Positions 9,844-19,140 of a stretch of 32,376 bases of DNA are shown piece by piece. This stretch comes from a virus, in the IMG/VR virus record IMGVR_UViG_3300029526_000003, positions 1-32,376 of that record; one strand, written 5' to 3'. The number at the start of each line of letters is the position of its first letter. Within the stretch, counting starts at the first letter, position 1. The translations under genes were made by a program, and so were the position numbers. The notes under the pieces were generated by a model that worked only from the letters and a program-made list of their open reading frames with translations, made no database searches and was not told where the DNA came from.

Positions 9844-10202
9844 GAATGAAAGTTAAACTTGATGTTGAATCAATTTCCCAAATTAAACAATCAAGAGGAC
9901 TTGAAGAACGTGGACGAGTTCAACAAATGATTGATTCTGAAGTCATTAGGCTTATGACCCCTTATACGCCTAGAGACACAGGAGCATTGATTAACTCGGC
10001 TACACGATTAACACAAATCGGTAGTGGATTAGTAAAGCAAGGTGGACCAAGTGCCCCATACGCAAGACGTTGGTATTACAACAAAGAGGAAGTTGAATTC
10101 GTTGGTGGCAAAGTAGACCATTGGTTTGATAAAGCTATGCGAAACGGAGGAGCAAAAGAAATCTTGAAAGAAGTACAAGAAATGATAGGAGACGGAGAAT
10201 GA
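9840..10202 (+). CDS. HK97 gp10-like head-tail joining / minor capsid protein
   Basis: PYTPRDTGALINS...APYARRWYY is typical of this family. GGGAGG 9824-9829 plus 10 nt gives ATA 9840, overlapping the upstream TAG (ATAG). The alternative ATG 9846 lies 16 nt from the SD. Confidence 0.6.
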   Translation: MGMKVKLDVESISQIKQSRGLEERGRVQQMIDSEVIRLMTPYTPRDTGALINSATRLTQIGSGLVKQGGPSAPYARRWYYNKEEVEFVGGKVDHWFDKAMRNGGAKEILKEVQEMIGDGE

Positions 10203-10618
10203 CAGTATCAAAAGCATTGATTCAGTGGCTTTATGGCTATGGAAATATACAGATAGATGAACGTATTGAAACGGATGTTTTAGCGCAACAAGCTATCTCT
10301 TATGCATTGTATAAAGAACCTAATGCAATTGTAGATACATACATTGACGGCTCTCAAATGCGTACTGAATACTACACGTTTCTAGCTCGTAGGAATACAC
10401 AAATTGAATCAGAAAGGCAAGACAACAATGCATTTCTAGAAGAATTAGAAAATTGGATTGACGAAAAGAATTTAAATGGAGAATTGCCACAACTAGACGG
10501 AAACAGATATTGCGATGATGTTTCCGTTTCAAGTGGTTTATATCTATACACAAATGAGGATAGCCAAGCAGTATATGCGTTAACTATTCAAATTAAATAC
10601 AGAAAGGAGCTTAATTAA
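10199..10618 (+). CDS. tail completion / head-tail joining protein (putative)
   Basis: ATGA overlap with the upstream gene; position directly before the major tail gene. Confidence 0.55.
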   Translation: MTVSKALIQWLYGYGNIQIDERIETDVLAQQAISYALYKEPNAIVDTYIDGSQMRTEYYTFLARRNTQIESERQDNNAFLEELENWIDEKNLNGELPQLDGNRYCDDVSVSSGLYLYTNEDSQAVYALTIQIKYRKELN

Positions 10619-11106
10619 TAGCAACTACAGGAACTGAAGTAAGCACAGGACAAACAGTCAAGAAGTATATGATTGGATTGTTCTTGGAAATGGGAGCAGG
10701 TTATAAGCGAGTTAAGAAATCAACAACTTTAGACATTTCGTTTAACAGTGAAACTGAAACTTATGATTTTATTGCGGATAAGAATCCAACTGAATCGTTA
10801 AAGAGTTATTCACCTCAGATTTCGCAAGATTTAACAATGATTAAAGGCGAAGATGATTTTGAATACATTTATGAACAAATGATGAAATCCGTTCCAAACA
10901 ACGAAGAAGTAAATACAAAAGCTTTACTTGTATTCATGTTTGATGGAGATAAGACAGAAGGGTATAAAGCGTGGGAAGTTGACGCTAAATTAATCTTTGA
11001 TACGTTAAGCGGTGTCGATTCCAAAATCAATTTTAACATTAACTTTGCGAGCGATATTCGTGTTGGCGTTGCAAAGGTATCGGATGGTAATGTAACATTT
11101 TCTTAA
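10618..11106 (+). CDS. major tail protein
   Basis: AAAGGAG 10603-10609 plus 8 nt gives ATA 10618, overlapping the upstream TAA (TAATA). 17 sense codons precede the first ATG (10669). Position before the chaperones and tape measure fits. Confidence 0.65.
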   Translation: MATTGTEVSTGQTVKKYMIGLFLEMGAGYKRVKKSTTLDISFNSETETYDFIADKNPTESLKSYSPQISQDLTMIKGEDDFEYIYEQMMKSVPNNEEVNTKALLVFMFDGDKTEGYKAWEVDAKLIFDTLSGVDSKINFNINFASDIRVGVAKVSDGNVTFS

Positions 11107-11139
11107 CCATCAAAAGCATAAAGAAAGAAGAGGTAAATC

Positions 11140-11502
11140 ATGAATAGAATCACGTATGAAGGGAAACAGTATGAAATCCCACCTAAAACAATTGAGGTAT
11201 TAAAAGCAGAGGACGCTTGTAATGCATTTCACGCAACACATGAAGAAGCATATCGAGCTAAATTCGACTATCTAAAAACAGTATTGACAGATGAACAGAT
11301 TGAAAGCATGTTAGGTAGCGTAGATATTGAACAAGTTGATTTGATGGAAGTATTGTATATTGTCAATTTGATTGATGATGAATATTCAAAGAAAACGGTT
11401 GAACAGTTAGAAAAGAAATTAAAAACAACATTCGGAACAAATGGAATGAAGCAATTTCTTGACGCAAGCAAAACTGTTTCTAGCATTTCGGCGAAGAAAT
11501 GA
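11140..11502 (+). CDS. tail assembly chaperone
   Basis: AGAGGT SD plus ATG. About 120 aa, acidic, upstream of the tape measure gene. Confidence 0.6.
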   Translation: MNRITYEGKQYEIPPKTIEVLKAEDACNAFHATHEEAYRAKFDYLKTVLTDEQIESMLGSVDIEQVDLMEVLYIVNLIDDEYSKKTVEQLEKKLKTTFGTNGMKQFLDASKTVSSISAKK

Positions 11503-12062
11503 TTGATTTACGCATAAAAGGCTTGCCAAATAGCATTCAGTCGCTAGATGGCGAGCCTATTTTATTAAATACAGACTTTCGCTTGTGGATAAGATTCTAT
11601 GAAGAATTAGAACGATTTAACAATCATGTTGTTGATGAAGTAGATTGTTCTTATTTATTCGCAGATGAACCACCTATCATAGATGAGCATATTTTAAAAG
11701 AGCTAGAGCAATTCCTACACAACCCTTCTAGCACGCCTAGAAGTGATTCTACAGGCGTTAAGACATTGGATTATGTAAAAGATGGGGAATATATTTATTC
11801 GGCTTTTATGCAACTTTACGGCATTGATTTAACGGAATGTGATATGCATTGGCATAAGTTTCTAGCATTGGCGAATAATATAGTTGGTGATTCAACTTTA
11901 TGGGGATATGCAAAAGGTGTTAGAGGGTATGAAAAGCCTTCAAAGAATGATACACAGGATAAAGCATATCAAAGAGCAAAAGAAGCGTGGTCTTTCCCAA
12001 TCGAATTAACAATAGAGGAACAAGAAATGAAAGATGAATTTGATTCATATTTTGATGTTTAG
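11499..12062 (+). CDS. Gp15-like tail assembly protein
   Basis: ATGA overlap with the upstream gene. The N-terminal LNTDFRLWIRF.. segment resembles the Phage_Gp15 family. Position before the tape measure fits. Confidence 0.55.
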   Translation: MIDLRIKGLPNSIQSLDGEPILLNTDFRLWIRFYEELERFNNHVVDEVDCSYLFADEPPIIDEHILKELEQFLHNPSSTPRSDSTGVKTLDYVKDGEYIYSAFMQLYGIDLTECDMHWHKFLALANNIVGDSTLWGYAKGVRGYEKPSKNDTQDKAYQRAKEAWSFPIELTIEEQEMKDEFDSYFDV

Positions 12063-12082
12063 AAAAGGAGGTGGAACATTGA

Positions 12083-14662
12083 ATATCAGACGGAACATTA
12101 AAGTTTGATACAAAGATAGACACAAGTGGTCTAGAGAATGGTATTAAATCTGTAAAGGTTGTATCAAGTGAAGCCACAAATGCTATCAAAGACACTTCAA
12201 AAGCAATCGACAAGTTAGGTTCTGATGGTTCAAAAGCACCGCCAAAGATTACAGATGAATTAAGAAAGCTAAATAGCGAACAAAAGAATACACAAACAGA
12301 AACGCAAGAAACAGGTTCTAAATTTGATGTATTTAAGCAAGTAGGTAACAGTGCGTTAGAATCAATTCAAGGTGGATTTGACGGACTGTTAGGAAAGATT
12401 CAGAATATTAGTCCGGAAGCTACTGCAATTACTGAAACATTAACAGGATTAGGCGTAGGAGGTGTTGTTGGTGTCACTGCCGTAGCAGGAGCTATTGGTG
12501 GAATGGCATTAGCAATTAAGACAGGTGTTAATCAAGCTATGGAACTAGATGACGCTATGGCGAAATTCCAAGCTCAAACAGGTGCTTCAAGCAATGAAAT
12601 GAATAAATTTAAAAACATTGCTCGTGATGTTTGGTCAAACAATTTCGGCGAAGATATTTCAGATGTAGCCGATATGATGGGTCGTGTAAAGCAACAAATG
12701 CAAGGCATAAGTGATGTCGATTTAAAGAATGTTACAGAAGACTTGATTACATTAAGAGACGTTTACGGCATGGATGAAAATGAGACTCTTAGAGGTGCGA
12801 AGCAATTAATGGAACAGTTCGGAATTAGTTCCGAAAAAGCTTTTGACCTTATGGCAAAAGGTGCTCAGAATGGTTTGAATTATTCCGGTGAATTAGGAGA
12901 TAATATCGCAGAATACGCAGGTAAATTCAAGCAAGCAGGATATTCGGCAGAAGAATATTTACAAACTATTACAAATGGTGTAAAAAGTGGTTCTTATAAC
13001 CTTGATAAAGCGCATGACGCAGTAAATGAAATTACTACAAGAATGTCAGACGGAACTATCGAAAAATCATTAGATAGTTTCAATGATAAGACAAAAGAAG
13101 TTTTCCAAGCATATAAAGAAGGTGGCGCAACACAAAAAGATGTTCAAGACGCAATCATCCAAGATATTAAGGAAACAACAAATCAACAAGAAGCATTAAA
13201 CAAAGCAAGTATTGCATTCGGCACAATGGGAGAAGATTTCAACCTTAAGTTTATTACATCTTTATCATCTGTAGGGGATGAATATAACAATGTAGCCGGA
13301 ACAATGGATAAGGTTAAGGCTATCGCAAACGGTGGCTTAAAGAACGCTTTAAGTGGTTTAGGACGTGCATTTCTTGATTCATTTACTCCAATAGGCGAAC
13401 TTATTACTCCTATTCTTTCCGGTATCATTGTATTAATTACATTAGCTATACAAGATATTCAACAAGGGTTTGCCAAAGTCGGTGAAGTTATTTCAAGCGT
13501 ATTTGGTAGCATTGATACAAGTGGAATCACTAATATCGTTAGACAAGTTTCCGAAGTATTAGCTCCTGCTTTTGATAAGGTAAAAGAAGCGATTGACAAG
13601 ATGAAAGTTGCACTTGAACCTATCGCAAAGGATATATTAAGCAAGATTATTGAAGTGATTCAAAATATTGTGAATCAAGCCCAAAAGATTCTAAGTGTGG
13701 TAGGCCCACCGATTCTAGCAATCATTAAGAAGATTATTCAAACGGTAGTTGGAATGATTCCTGTAATAACATCTATTCTTAAAGTAGTTGGAAGTGTGGT
13801 AAGTGGTATCATCTCATTTATTAATACAGTAATTTCTATTGTAGGAACTGCGATTGCAACAATACTAGGATTTATCATGCCTATTGTTCAAATTGTAGCT
13901 ACAATCGTAGCGAATATTTGGTCTGTTATATTAGCAGTTGTTCAGAATATTTGGAGCAAAGTGAGCGAATTAGTTACTGCGATTATTGATTTTGTGAACA
14001 ATGTGTTTAAGACTGTTTCAGATGTAGTAGGCAATATTTGGAGTAAGATTCAAGATTCCATGAACAAGGTAAGAGACAAGGTTCAAGGCGTTGTCGACAA
14101 TATTAATAAATATTTCAATAATGTTAAGGATACCGTTTCGGATGTATTCAATGGTATTTGGTCTAAAGTTCAAGGTGTAATGGATAATGTAGGGAATAAA
14201 ATTTCAAATGTTCTACAAGGAATACAGAATTCATGGAATGGCTTGACAGGGTTTGTAAGTGGCGTATTTGGTGGAATTGAAGGAGCGGTTAGTTCATTAG
14301 TTGGAAGTGTAAAAGGAATGGTAAATGGTGTTATCGGTGGCATTAACGGTGCAATCGGTATCATCAATAAGATTCCTGGAGTTCACATTGGAAAGATTCC
14401 AAGACTAGAGCGTGGTGGTGTATTGAAGCGCGGACAAATTGGTTTGTTGGAAGGTAATGGAGCGGAAGCCGTCGTACCTTTAGAAAAAAATAAAGCGTGG
14501 ATTCGTGCCGTAGCTAAAGATATGGCTCAGATTATGCCTAGTGTAACAACAAATAACAATGGACAGACAATTAACTTCTATTCTAAGACATCTAGTCCGG
14601 ATGAAATCGCTAGAATGTTACGTATGCAAGCAAGATATGGATATGGAGGTGTAGTTCAATAG
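12083..14662 (+). CDS. tail tape measure protein
   Basis: AAAGGAGGTGG 12064-12074 plus 8 nt gives ATA 12083, the first codon after in-frame TGA. The N-terminus (I/M)SDGTLKFDTKIDTSGLENGIKS is a classic TMP start. 140 sense codons with no canonical start precede ATG 12503. Hydrophobic core and NIWSK-type repeats are present. Confidence 0.85.
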   Translation: MSDGTLKFDTKIDTSGLENGIKSVKVVSSEATNAIKDTSKAIDKLGSDGSKAPPKITDELRKLNSEQKNTQTETQETGSKFDVFKQVGNSALESIQGGFDGLLGKIQNISPEATAITETLTGLGVGGVVGVTAVAGAIGGMALAIKTGVNQAMELDDAMAKFQAQTGASSNEMNKFKNIARDVWSNNFGEDISDVADMMGRVKQQMQGISDVDLKNVTEDLITLRDVYGMDENETLRGAKQLMEQFGISSEKAFDLMAKGAQNGLNYSGELGDNIAEYAGKFKQAGYSAEEYLQTITNGVKSGSYNLDKAHDAVNEITTRMSDGTIEKSLDSFNDKTKEVFQAYKEGGATQKDVQDAIIQDIKETTNQQEALNKASIAFGTMGEDFNLKFITSLSSVGDEYNNVAGTMDKVKAIANGGLKNALSGLGRAFLDSFTPIGELITPILSGIIVLITLAIQDIQQGFAKVGEVISSVFGSIDTSGITNIVRQVSEVLAPAFDKVKEAIDKMKVALEPIAKDILSKIIEVIQNIVNQAQKILSVVGPPILAIIKKIIQTVVGMIPVITSILKVVGSVVSGIISFINTVISIVGTAIATILGFIMPIVQIVATIVANIWSVILAVVQNIWSKVSELVTAIIDFVNNVFKTVSDVVGNIWSKIQDSMNKVRDKVQGVVDNINKYFNNVKDTVSDVFNGIWSKVQGVMDNVGNKISNVLQGIQNSWNGLTGFVSGVFGGIEGAVSSLVGSVKGMVNGVIGGINGAIGIINKIPGVHIGKIPRLERGGVLKRGQIGLLEGNGAEAVVPLEKNKAWIRAVAKDMAQIMPSVTTNNNGQTINFYSKTSSPDEIARMLRMQARYGYGGVVQ

Positions 14663-15531
14663 ACATTAAACAAGTTAGAGTCATTGTTAGAAGAGATGAC
14701 GGAGAAGAATTTGAAATCGACAACCAAAAAAGATGGAGGATTCCTTCAAGTAGTGGTTTAGATGGATTTGATTATGTAGCACCTTCATATACAACACAAG
14801 ACAATGCATTTGGAAATGGTGCTAGATTAATCGGTTCACGTATTCCAACGAAAGAAAGAAGTGTGAAAGCTATCTTTAAGGGCTCACTAGAAGAAAAAAG
14901 AGAAGAAAGGGAGAAGCTACGGCGCTTCTTCCAATATTCTCATGTCTTTGATGTAATAGTTGAGTATATGGGAGAAAAAAAGTATTGCAGAGGTAGACTA
15001 TATGCGTATAGCTTACCAACTGCTAATATTTACAAAGAATTAGAACTTAACTTTACAATTCTATGCACACAACCTTTATTGCTTTCATTTGATGATTTCG
15101 CAAGGAATATCGCAGAAATTGGCGAAGGTTTAGCGTTCAATTTTGAAATACCGGAAACAGGCGTAAACTTTGGAACATTTACATTCGCTAGAGAAATCTA
15201 CATTGATAATCAAGGTGATACAGAAACATACTGTAGAGCCGTTATTGAAGCGTTTGGAGAGGTTACAAATCCCAAACTATTCAATAAAGATAAATATATT
15301 CGTGTATTAGATACGCTACACAATGGTGATGTATTAGAAATTGATTTAGTTTCTGAGCCTATCTCGATTAAAAAGAATGGTGTGAATTGTATCGGAAAAG
15401 TTGACAGAACATCATCATTAAATGATATGACGATTCAGTTGGGCGAGAACATCATAGGATATACGGCAGACAATGGAGATACAAATCTAGCTTGTACGGT
15501 TTATTATAATGAAAGGTATTTAGGGTTATAG
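14659..15531 (+). CDS. distal tail protein (Dit)
   Basis: GGAGGTG 14645-14651 plus 7 nt gives ATA 14659, overlapping the TMP TAG (ATAG). 68 sense codons precede the track's GTG 14863. Position after the TMP fits. Confidence 0.7.
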   Translation: MDIKQVRVIVRRDDGEEFEIDNQKRWRIPSSSGLDGFDYVAPSYTTQDNAFGNGARLIGSRIPTKERSVKAIFKGSLEEKREEREKLRRFFQYSHVFDVIVEYMGEKKYCRGRLYAYSLPTANIYKELELNFTILCTQPLLLSFDDFARNIAEIGEGLAFNFEIPETGVNFGTFTFAREIYIDNQGDTETYCRAVIEAFGEVTNPKLFNKDKYIRVLDTLHNGDVLEIDLVSEPISIKKNGVNCIGKVDRTSSLNDMTIQLGENIIGYTADNGDTNLACTVYYNERYLGL

Positions 15532-15532
15532 T

Positions 15533-16546
15533 ATGTCTTATTTCGGATTAGATAAAGATTTCAATATCGTTACACATCTAGCACCTTATAACGTGCAGTG
15601 GAATAGGCGATATTATGAAACAGGCGATTTCGAGATTTATATTGATATAGGGCAGTATTCGAGCGATATCAAATACATTTATTCAACAGAGGATAAAGAG
15701 TTAGGAATCGTTGATATACCACATTATTCCGTTTCAAATAACACGAAACAAATATTGCTAAAAGGTTCTTTCTTTGAAAAGATTCTAGCAGATGATTGTA
15801 TTTATCCTACATTCTCAAGTAGCGGAAAGATTGTTGATGTAGTCAAAAAGTTATTAGACAAGTATTGCTCATGGAAAATGGGGTATAGATATGATGAATC
15901 CATTACCGATAGAGTAGATTTTCAAGAAACAGGAGCGAACCTTGACGAGAAGCTTTATGAGTTGTTATATCCGTTAGAATTGTCTTTTCGTATAGAATAT
16001 GACTATGTATCAAGTACGTTCACATTCGTGTTATATCGTGGCCGTGACTTAACTCAGAACAATGTAGATGGAAACAACTTTGTTACCTTTTCTACAGAGT
16101 TTGGAAACATTGAAGAACCGGATGTTATGATTGATTCTAGTAAATACAAGAACTATGCAATCGTTTGTGGTGAAGGACAGTCAGAAGAACGTATATACGT
16201 TGAATATGACGCTAGAATAGATAAGAATGAGCGAATTAAGAAATTGTTCGTAGACGCACGTTCTGAGCGCATGGGGGACGATATTACACTTGAGGATTAC
16301 AAGAAAGCATTGATTCAAAAAGGGATTGAAAAACTAGCAGATTGTCAAATTGAAGAGAATGTAAATTTCGGATTAAATACGGATTCATACGAATACAAGG
16401 TTGATTTTGATTTAGGTGATAAGGTGGATGTTATAGTAGCAGATATTGGACTAGTAATGACGGCTAGAATTAGAAATATATTCGAAGTCATTAAGAGTGG
16501 ATACAGAACCCTAGAATTAGAGGTTGATAATTTAAAAATCATGTAA
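15533..16546 (+). CDS. tail-tip protein (Sipho_Gp37-like)
   Basis: 337 aa following Dit. The N-terminus (FNIV...YNVQWNRRYYETGDFEIYI) resembles the ReqiPepy6 Gp37-like family as I recall it. Confidence 0.55.
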   Translation: MSYFGLDKDFNIVTHLAPYNVQWNRRYYETGDFEIYIDIGQYSSDIKYIYSTEDKELGIVDIPHYSVSNNTKQILLKGSFFEKILADDCIYPTFSSSGKIVDVVKKLLDKYCSWKMGYRYDESITDRVDFQETGANLDEKLYELLYPLELSFRIEYDYVSSTFTFVLYRGRDLTQNNVDGNNFVTFSTEFGNIEEPDVMIDSSKYKNYAIVCGEGQSEERIYVEYDARIDKNERIKKLFVDARSERMGDDITLEDYKKALIQKGIEKLADCQIEENVNFGLNTDSYEYKVDFDLGDKVDVIVADIGLVMTARIRNIFEVIKSGYRTLELEVDNLKIM

Positions 16547-16559
16547 AGGAGTGAATTTA

Positions 16560-17069
16560 ATGAAAAAGAAAGATGATGGAGGATTTAAGCAAATAGCAAG
16601 AAGTATGTATTTTCTAGACAAAATGAATGCAATAGGTGGTGTAGCCGTAGCCGTATTGACATACGTATTAGGTGAACATTGGTATTTATTCGCATTCTTC
16701 TTATTCATGAACGTTGTTGATTACATTACAGGGTGTATGAAATCGGCTATCGCTCACAAGCTAAACAGTAATAAAGGATGGATTGGAGTCCTGAAAAAGC
16801 TAGGATATTGGATTATGATTGTGGTTGCGTTCGCATTCAGTGTATTCTTGGTGGAAATTGGAGAAATGTTAGGAATTGATTTCCGTGTAACTACATTATT
16901 AGGTTGGTTTGTGCTAGCTTCTCTATGTATTAATGAGGTGCGTAGTATTATTGAGAACCTTGTACAATGTGGATATAGCGTCCCTAGCGTGTTAACTAAA
17001 GGATTAGAAGTAGCAGATAAACTCATTAACGAAGAACAAGACAATGACGACTCAAGTACCTTGGAATAA
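16560..17069 (+). CDS. holin (Phage_holin_4_1 / TcdE-like)
   Basis: AAGGAG plus 8 nt gives ATG 16560. Three to four TM helices, DYITG and INEVRSIIENL..G..VP motifs. Confidence 0.75.
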   Translation: MKKKDDGGFKQIARSMYFLDKMNAIGGVAVAVLTYVLGEHWYLFAFFLFMNVVDYITGCMKSAIAHKLNSNKGWIGVLKKLGYWIMIVVAFAFSVFLVEIGEMLGIDFRVTTLLGWFVLASLCINEVRSIIENLVQCGYSVPSVLTKGLEVADKLINEEQDNDDSSTLE

Positions 17070-17202
17070 GATTATTCTCGAAGAATTCATTAACTTAGCA
17101 TTATTAACTAAAGATGAAGAAATGAAAACGTCTAGCGATTTTCAAGAAGAAAGAGAAATGGTAAGAGATAAATTAAGAGAAATGTTCTCAGTATATCAGT
17201 GA
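17044..17202 (+). CDS. small hypothetical protein (52 aa) overlapping the holin 3' end
   Basis: ATG ORF MTTQVPWNKIILEEFINLALLTKDEE... ending just before a strong terminator. No clear SD. Confidence 0.3.
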   Translation: MTTQVPWNKIILEEFINLALLTKDEEMKTSSDFQEEREMVRDKLREMFSVYQ

Positions 17203-17209
17203 TAAAAAA

Positions 17210-17251
17210 CCTCTTTTATGTGCTATAATTGGTACATAAAGGAGGATTTTT
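17210..17251 (+). terminator. strong intrinsic terminator between holin and endolysin
   Basis: 14-bp stem CCTCTTTTATGTGC / GTACATAAAGGAGG (2 G:U pairs), 8-nt loop, then ATTTTT. Confidence 0.7.
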
Positions 17252-17347
17252 AATAAATTATATTGTCTGATTCAGATAAAGAAAAGTTAGTCGAAACTAG
17301 AAATGAAATTCAAGATTTCTTAGTTAAAAAATTAGGAGGTATAATTC

Positions 17348-17452
17348 ATGGAAGAAAAAGAAGTGAAATTTGAAGAATTATCAGAAGAAGCTCAATCAGA
17401 GTTGAGTAACGGGAAAGAAGAAGGTGAAGATGAATATCATACTCAAGCTTAA
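17348..17452 (+). CDS. small acidic peptide (34 aa), hypothetical
   Basis: TAGGAGGT SD plus 6 nt plus ATG. MEEKEVKFEELSEEAQSELSNGKEEGEDEYHTQA. Its 3' end overlaps the proposed endolysin start by 19 nt. Confidence 0.4.
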   Translation: MEEKEVKFEELSEEAQSELSNGKEEGEDEYHTQA

Positions 17453-18531
17453 CAAATAAATATATTCCTGCTAGTGCAGATAACTATATGCGAGGACGTG
17501 GTGGATATAAAGTATGTAAAATTACACCACACCACATGGCGTGTCAGTGGAGTGCCGAAAGATGTGCTCAATCATTCCAAGTAAGTGGAAGAATGGCTAG
17601 TGCAAACTATTGTATCGGGTCAGATGGTACGATTGTTGCGAATGTCGACGAAGAAAACAGAGCGTGGACATCATCAAACTACTACAACGATTGCCAATCT
17701 ATCACAATTGAAGTTGCAAATGAAACGTGTGCGCCTAATTGGACTATCTCAACTAAAGCATGGAATGCATTGGTAAATTTATGTGTTGATATTTGTAAGA
17801 GATACGGATTTAGATTAAATTACACAGGAAACGCAAATGGAAGTTTGACAGAGCATAGAATGTTTGCAAGTACAAGTTGCCCAGGTCCTTTCTTACACGA
17901 TAGAATGCCTCAATTAGCACAAGAAGTAAATGCTAGATTAGATGGTCAGACTGTAGCACCAAGCGCTCCTAGCACTCCAAGCGCTCCAAGTGGTGAAAAG
18001 TATTCAGTCGGTACACCTATCTGCACAAATACACTAAGCGTTAACTGTTACGGAACTTCTAAAATCTTAAAAGGAGATTGGAGTGGTTCAATTGGCAGAG
18101 TCATTAAAGGCTCTAAATATCCATATCGTGTTGATCGTAATGGGGTGGCGATTGGATGGACAAATGATGCGGGTATTGATACAGACCCTCACACACCAGT
18201 AGGCGCTACACAGTCTAGTGCAGAAGCTATTGACCAAATCTTGCACGAAGGCAGTTATGTTACTTCTGTACATATGAAAATAGGAAATCAAGGCTTGAAG
18301 AAAATTGGCGATGATTTATGTTGCTATCTATCAAAACTGGGTGGTTGGTTTCCAATTCGTATGGTAGACAAAGTACCTAATTCAGACGGATATAATGACA
18401 ATGTATTGCATACCACAAATGCAGTTGTCTATGTAACTAGAATAAGAGTTGATGCGGTTAATGTTCAAAAGAATATTGTTAAAATTGGCGGTATTTGGGT
18501 TGACCCAACACCATTAACAGAAATTGCGTAA
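17434..18531 (+). CDS. endolysin: N-acetylmuramoyl-L-alanine amidase (Amidase_2/PGRP) with a C-terminal cell-wall-binding region
   Basis: Motifs KITPHHMA, ASANYCIGSDG, NRAWTS, SITIEV and EHRMFASTSCPG, an APSAPSTPSAPS linker and an SH3-like C-terminus. AAGGTGA 17421-17427 plus 6 nt gives ATA 17434, the first codon after TGA. ATG 17488 has no SD and removes NKYIPASADNY, which aligns to PlyG-type N-termini. Confidence 0.8.
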   Translation: MSYSSLTNKYIPASADNYMRGRGGYKVCKITPHHMACQWSAERCAQSFQVSGRMASANYCIGSDGTIVANVDEENRAWTSSNYYNDCQSITIEVANETCAPNWTISTKAWNALVNLCVDICKRYGFRLNYTGNANGSLTEHRMFASTSCPGPFLHDRMPQLAQEVNARLDGQTVAPSAPSTPSAPSGEKYSVGTPICTNTLSVNCYGTSKILKGDWSGSIGRVIKGSKYPYRVDRNGVAIGWTNDAGIDTDPHTPVGATQSSAEAIDQILHEGSYVTSVHMKIGNQGLKKIGDDLCCYLSKLGGWFPIRMVDKVPNSDGYNDNVLHTTNAVVYVTRIRVDAVNVQKNIVKIGGIWVDPTPLTEIA

Positions 18532-18659
18532 AGTATAAAAATAACACATATAAGTGTCAAAATTGTACAAAATGTGCAAAAATTACAATTAAATATCAAT
18601 AAAAGTGTCATAATTTAAAAAAATGACACAAATCCTTCAACTATTTTTTGTATATTTTT

Positions 18660-18690
18660 AGCCTATGAACTTAATCATAGGCTATTTTTT
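18660..18690 (+). terminator. intrinsic terminator downstream of the endolysin
   Basis: AGCCTATGA-acttaa-TCATAGGCT hairpin followed by ATTTTTT. Confidence 0.7.
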
Positions 18691-18691
18691 A

Positions 18692-18787
18692 TTTTCTTAA
18701 AAAAGTTCTTTACATGTACATACATGTATGTTATACTATATATGTACTTAATAAAGTACACAGGAGGAAACAGAAATGACAAAAGAA
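18692..18787 (+). repeat. promoter/operator/5'-UTR repeat, copy 1 (copy 2 at 19634-19721)
   Basis: Near-identical blocks AAAGTTCTTTACATGTACATACATGTATGTTA and TATATGTACTTA..AAGTACACAGGAGGAAACAGAAATGACAAAA occur in both copies. Confidence 0.85.
18709..18737 (+). promoter_or_regulatory. sigma-A type promoter P1 of moron cassette 1
   Basis: TTTACA, 17 nt, TATACT. The spacer holds two TACATGTA palindromes. GTACTT-aata-AAGTAC inverted repeat lies downstream. Confidence 0.6.
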
Positions 18788-19105
18788 CAATTGATGAATT
18801 ACAAGGAATTTGGAGAACACACTGATTTCGTTAAAAAAGCAGATGAATTGAACACTAGCGGAGATTTATACTACTATGATAAAAGAGGAATCAGAACTAC
18901 AGATATCAACGATTGCCTAGATATGATTGAATGGAAAGGTGATGTAGGATATTTAGAAGGGTGTATCGTGATTGAAGTACATCACATTTATGGATATGTC
19001 GATACGATTGATGTACCATGTGAAATTTGTGTTGAAGGATGGGACGAAGAAGAAAGTGTATTCGATATGGAGTCATATACAATTAAAGATGTTGAAGAAT
19101 GGTAA
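18776..19105 (+). CDS. small acidic hypothetical protein (109 aa)
   Basis: AGGAGGAAA SD plus ATG; acidic C-terminus; moron position. Confidence 0.6.
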   Translation: MTKEQLMNYKEFGEHTDFVKKADELNTSGDLYYYDKRGIRTTDINDCLDMIEWKGDVGYLEGCIVIEVHHIYGYVDTIDVPCEICVEGWDEEESVFDMESYTIKDVEEW

Positions 19106-19140
19106 ATATCATAAATTGAATGATTTAGGAGGAATAAGAA

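Noticed and set aside
11140-12062. Programmed -1 frameshift (gpG/gpGT-like) between the two tail chaperone genes.
   Set aside because: The second gene has its own ATG in an ATGA overlap and resembles the stand-alone Gp15 family. I saw no slippery heptamer at the junction.
17241-17373. GGAGG at 17241-17245 as the SD for a 36-aa TTG ORF (17263-17373, MSDSDKEKLVETRNEIQDFLVKKLGG...).
   Set aside because: The GGAGG is the 3' arm of the 14-bp terminator stem. It lies 17 nt from the TTG, and the nearer ATA at 17253 gives only a 5-codon frame. The ORF is left uncalled.
17585-17776. Alternative-frame ORFs inside the endolysin (17585-17776) and inside 19141-19434 (19280-19468).
   Set aside because: They sit inside better-supported frames with clear domain motifs and SDs, and have no independent SD.
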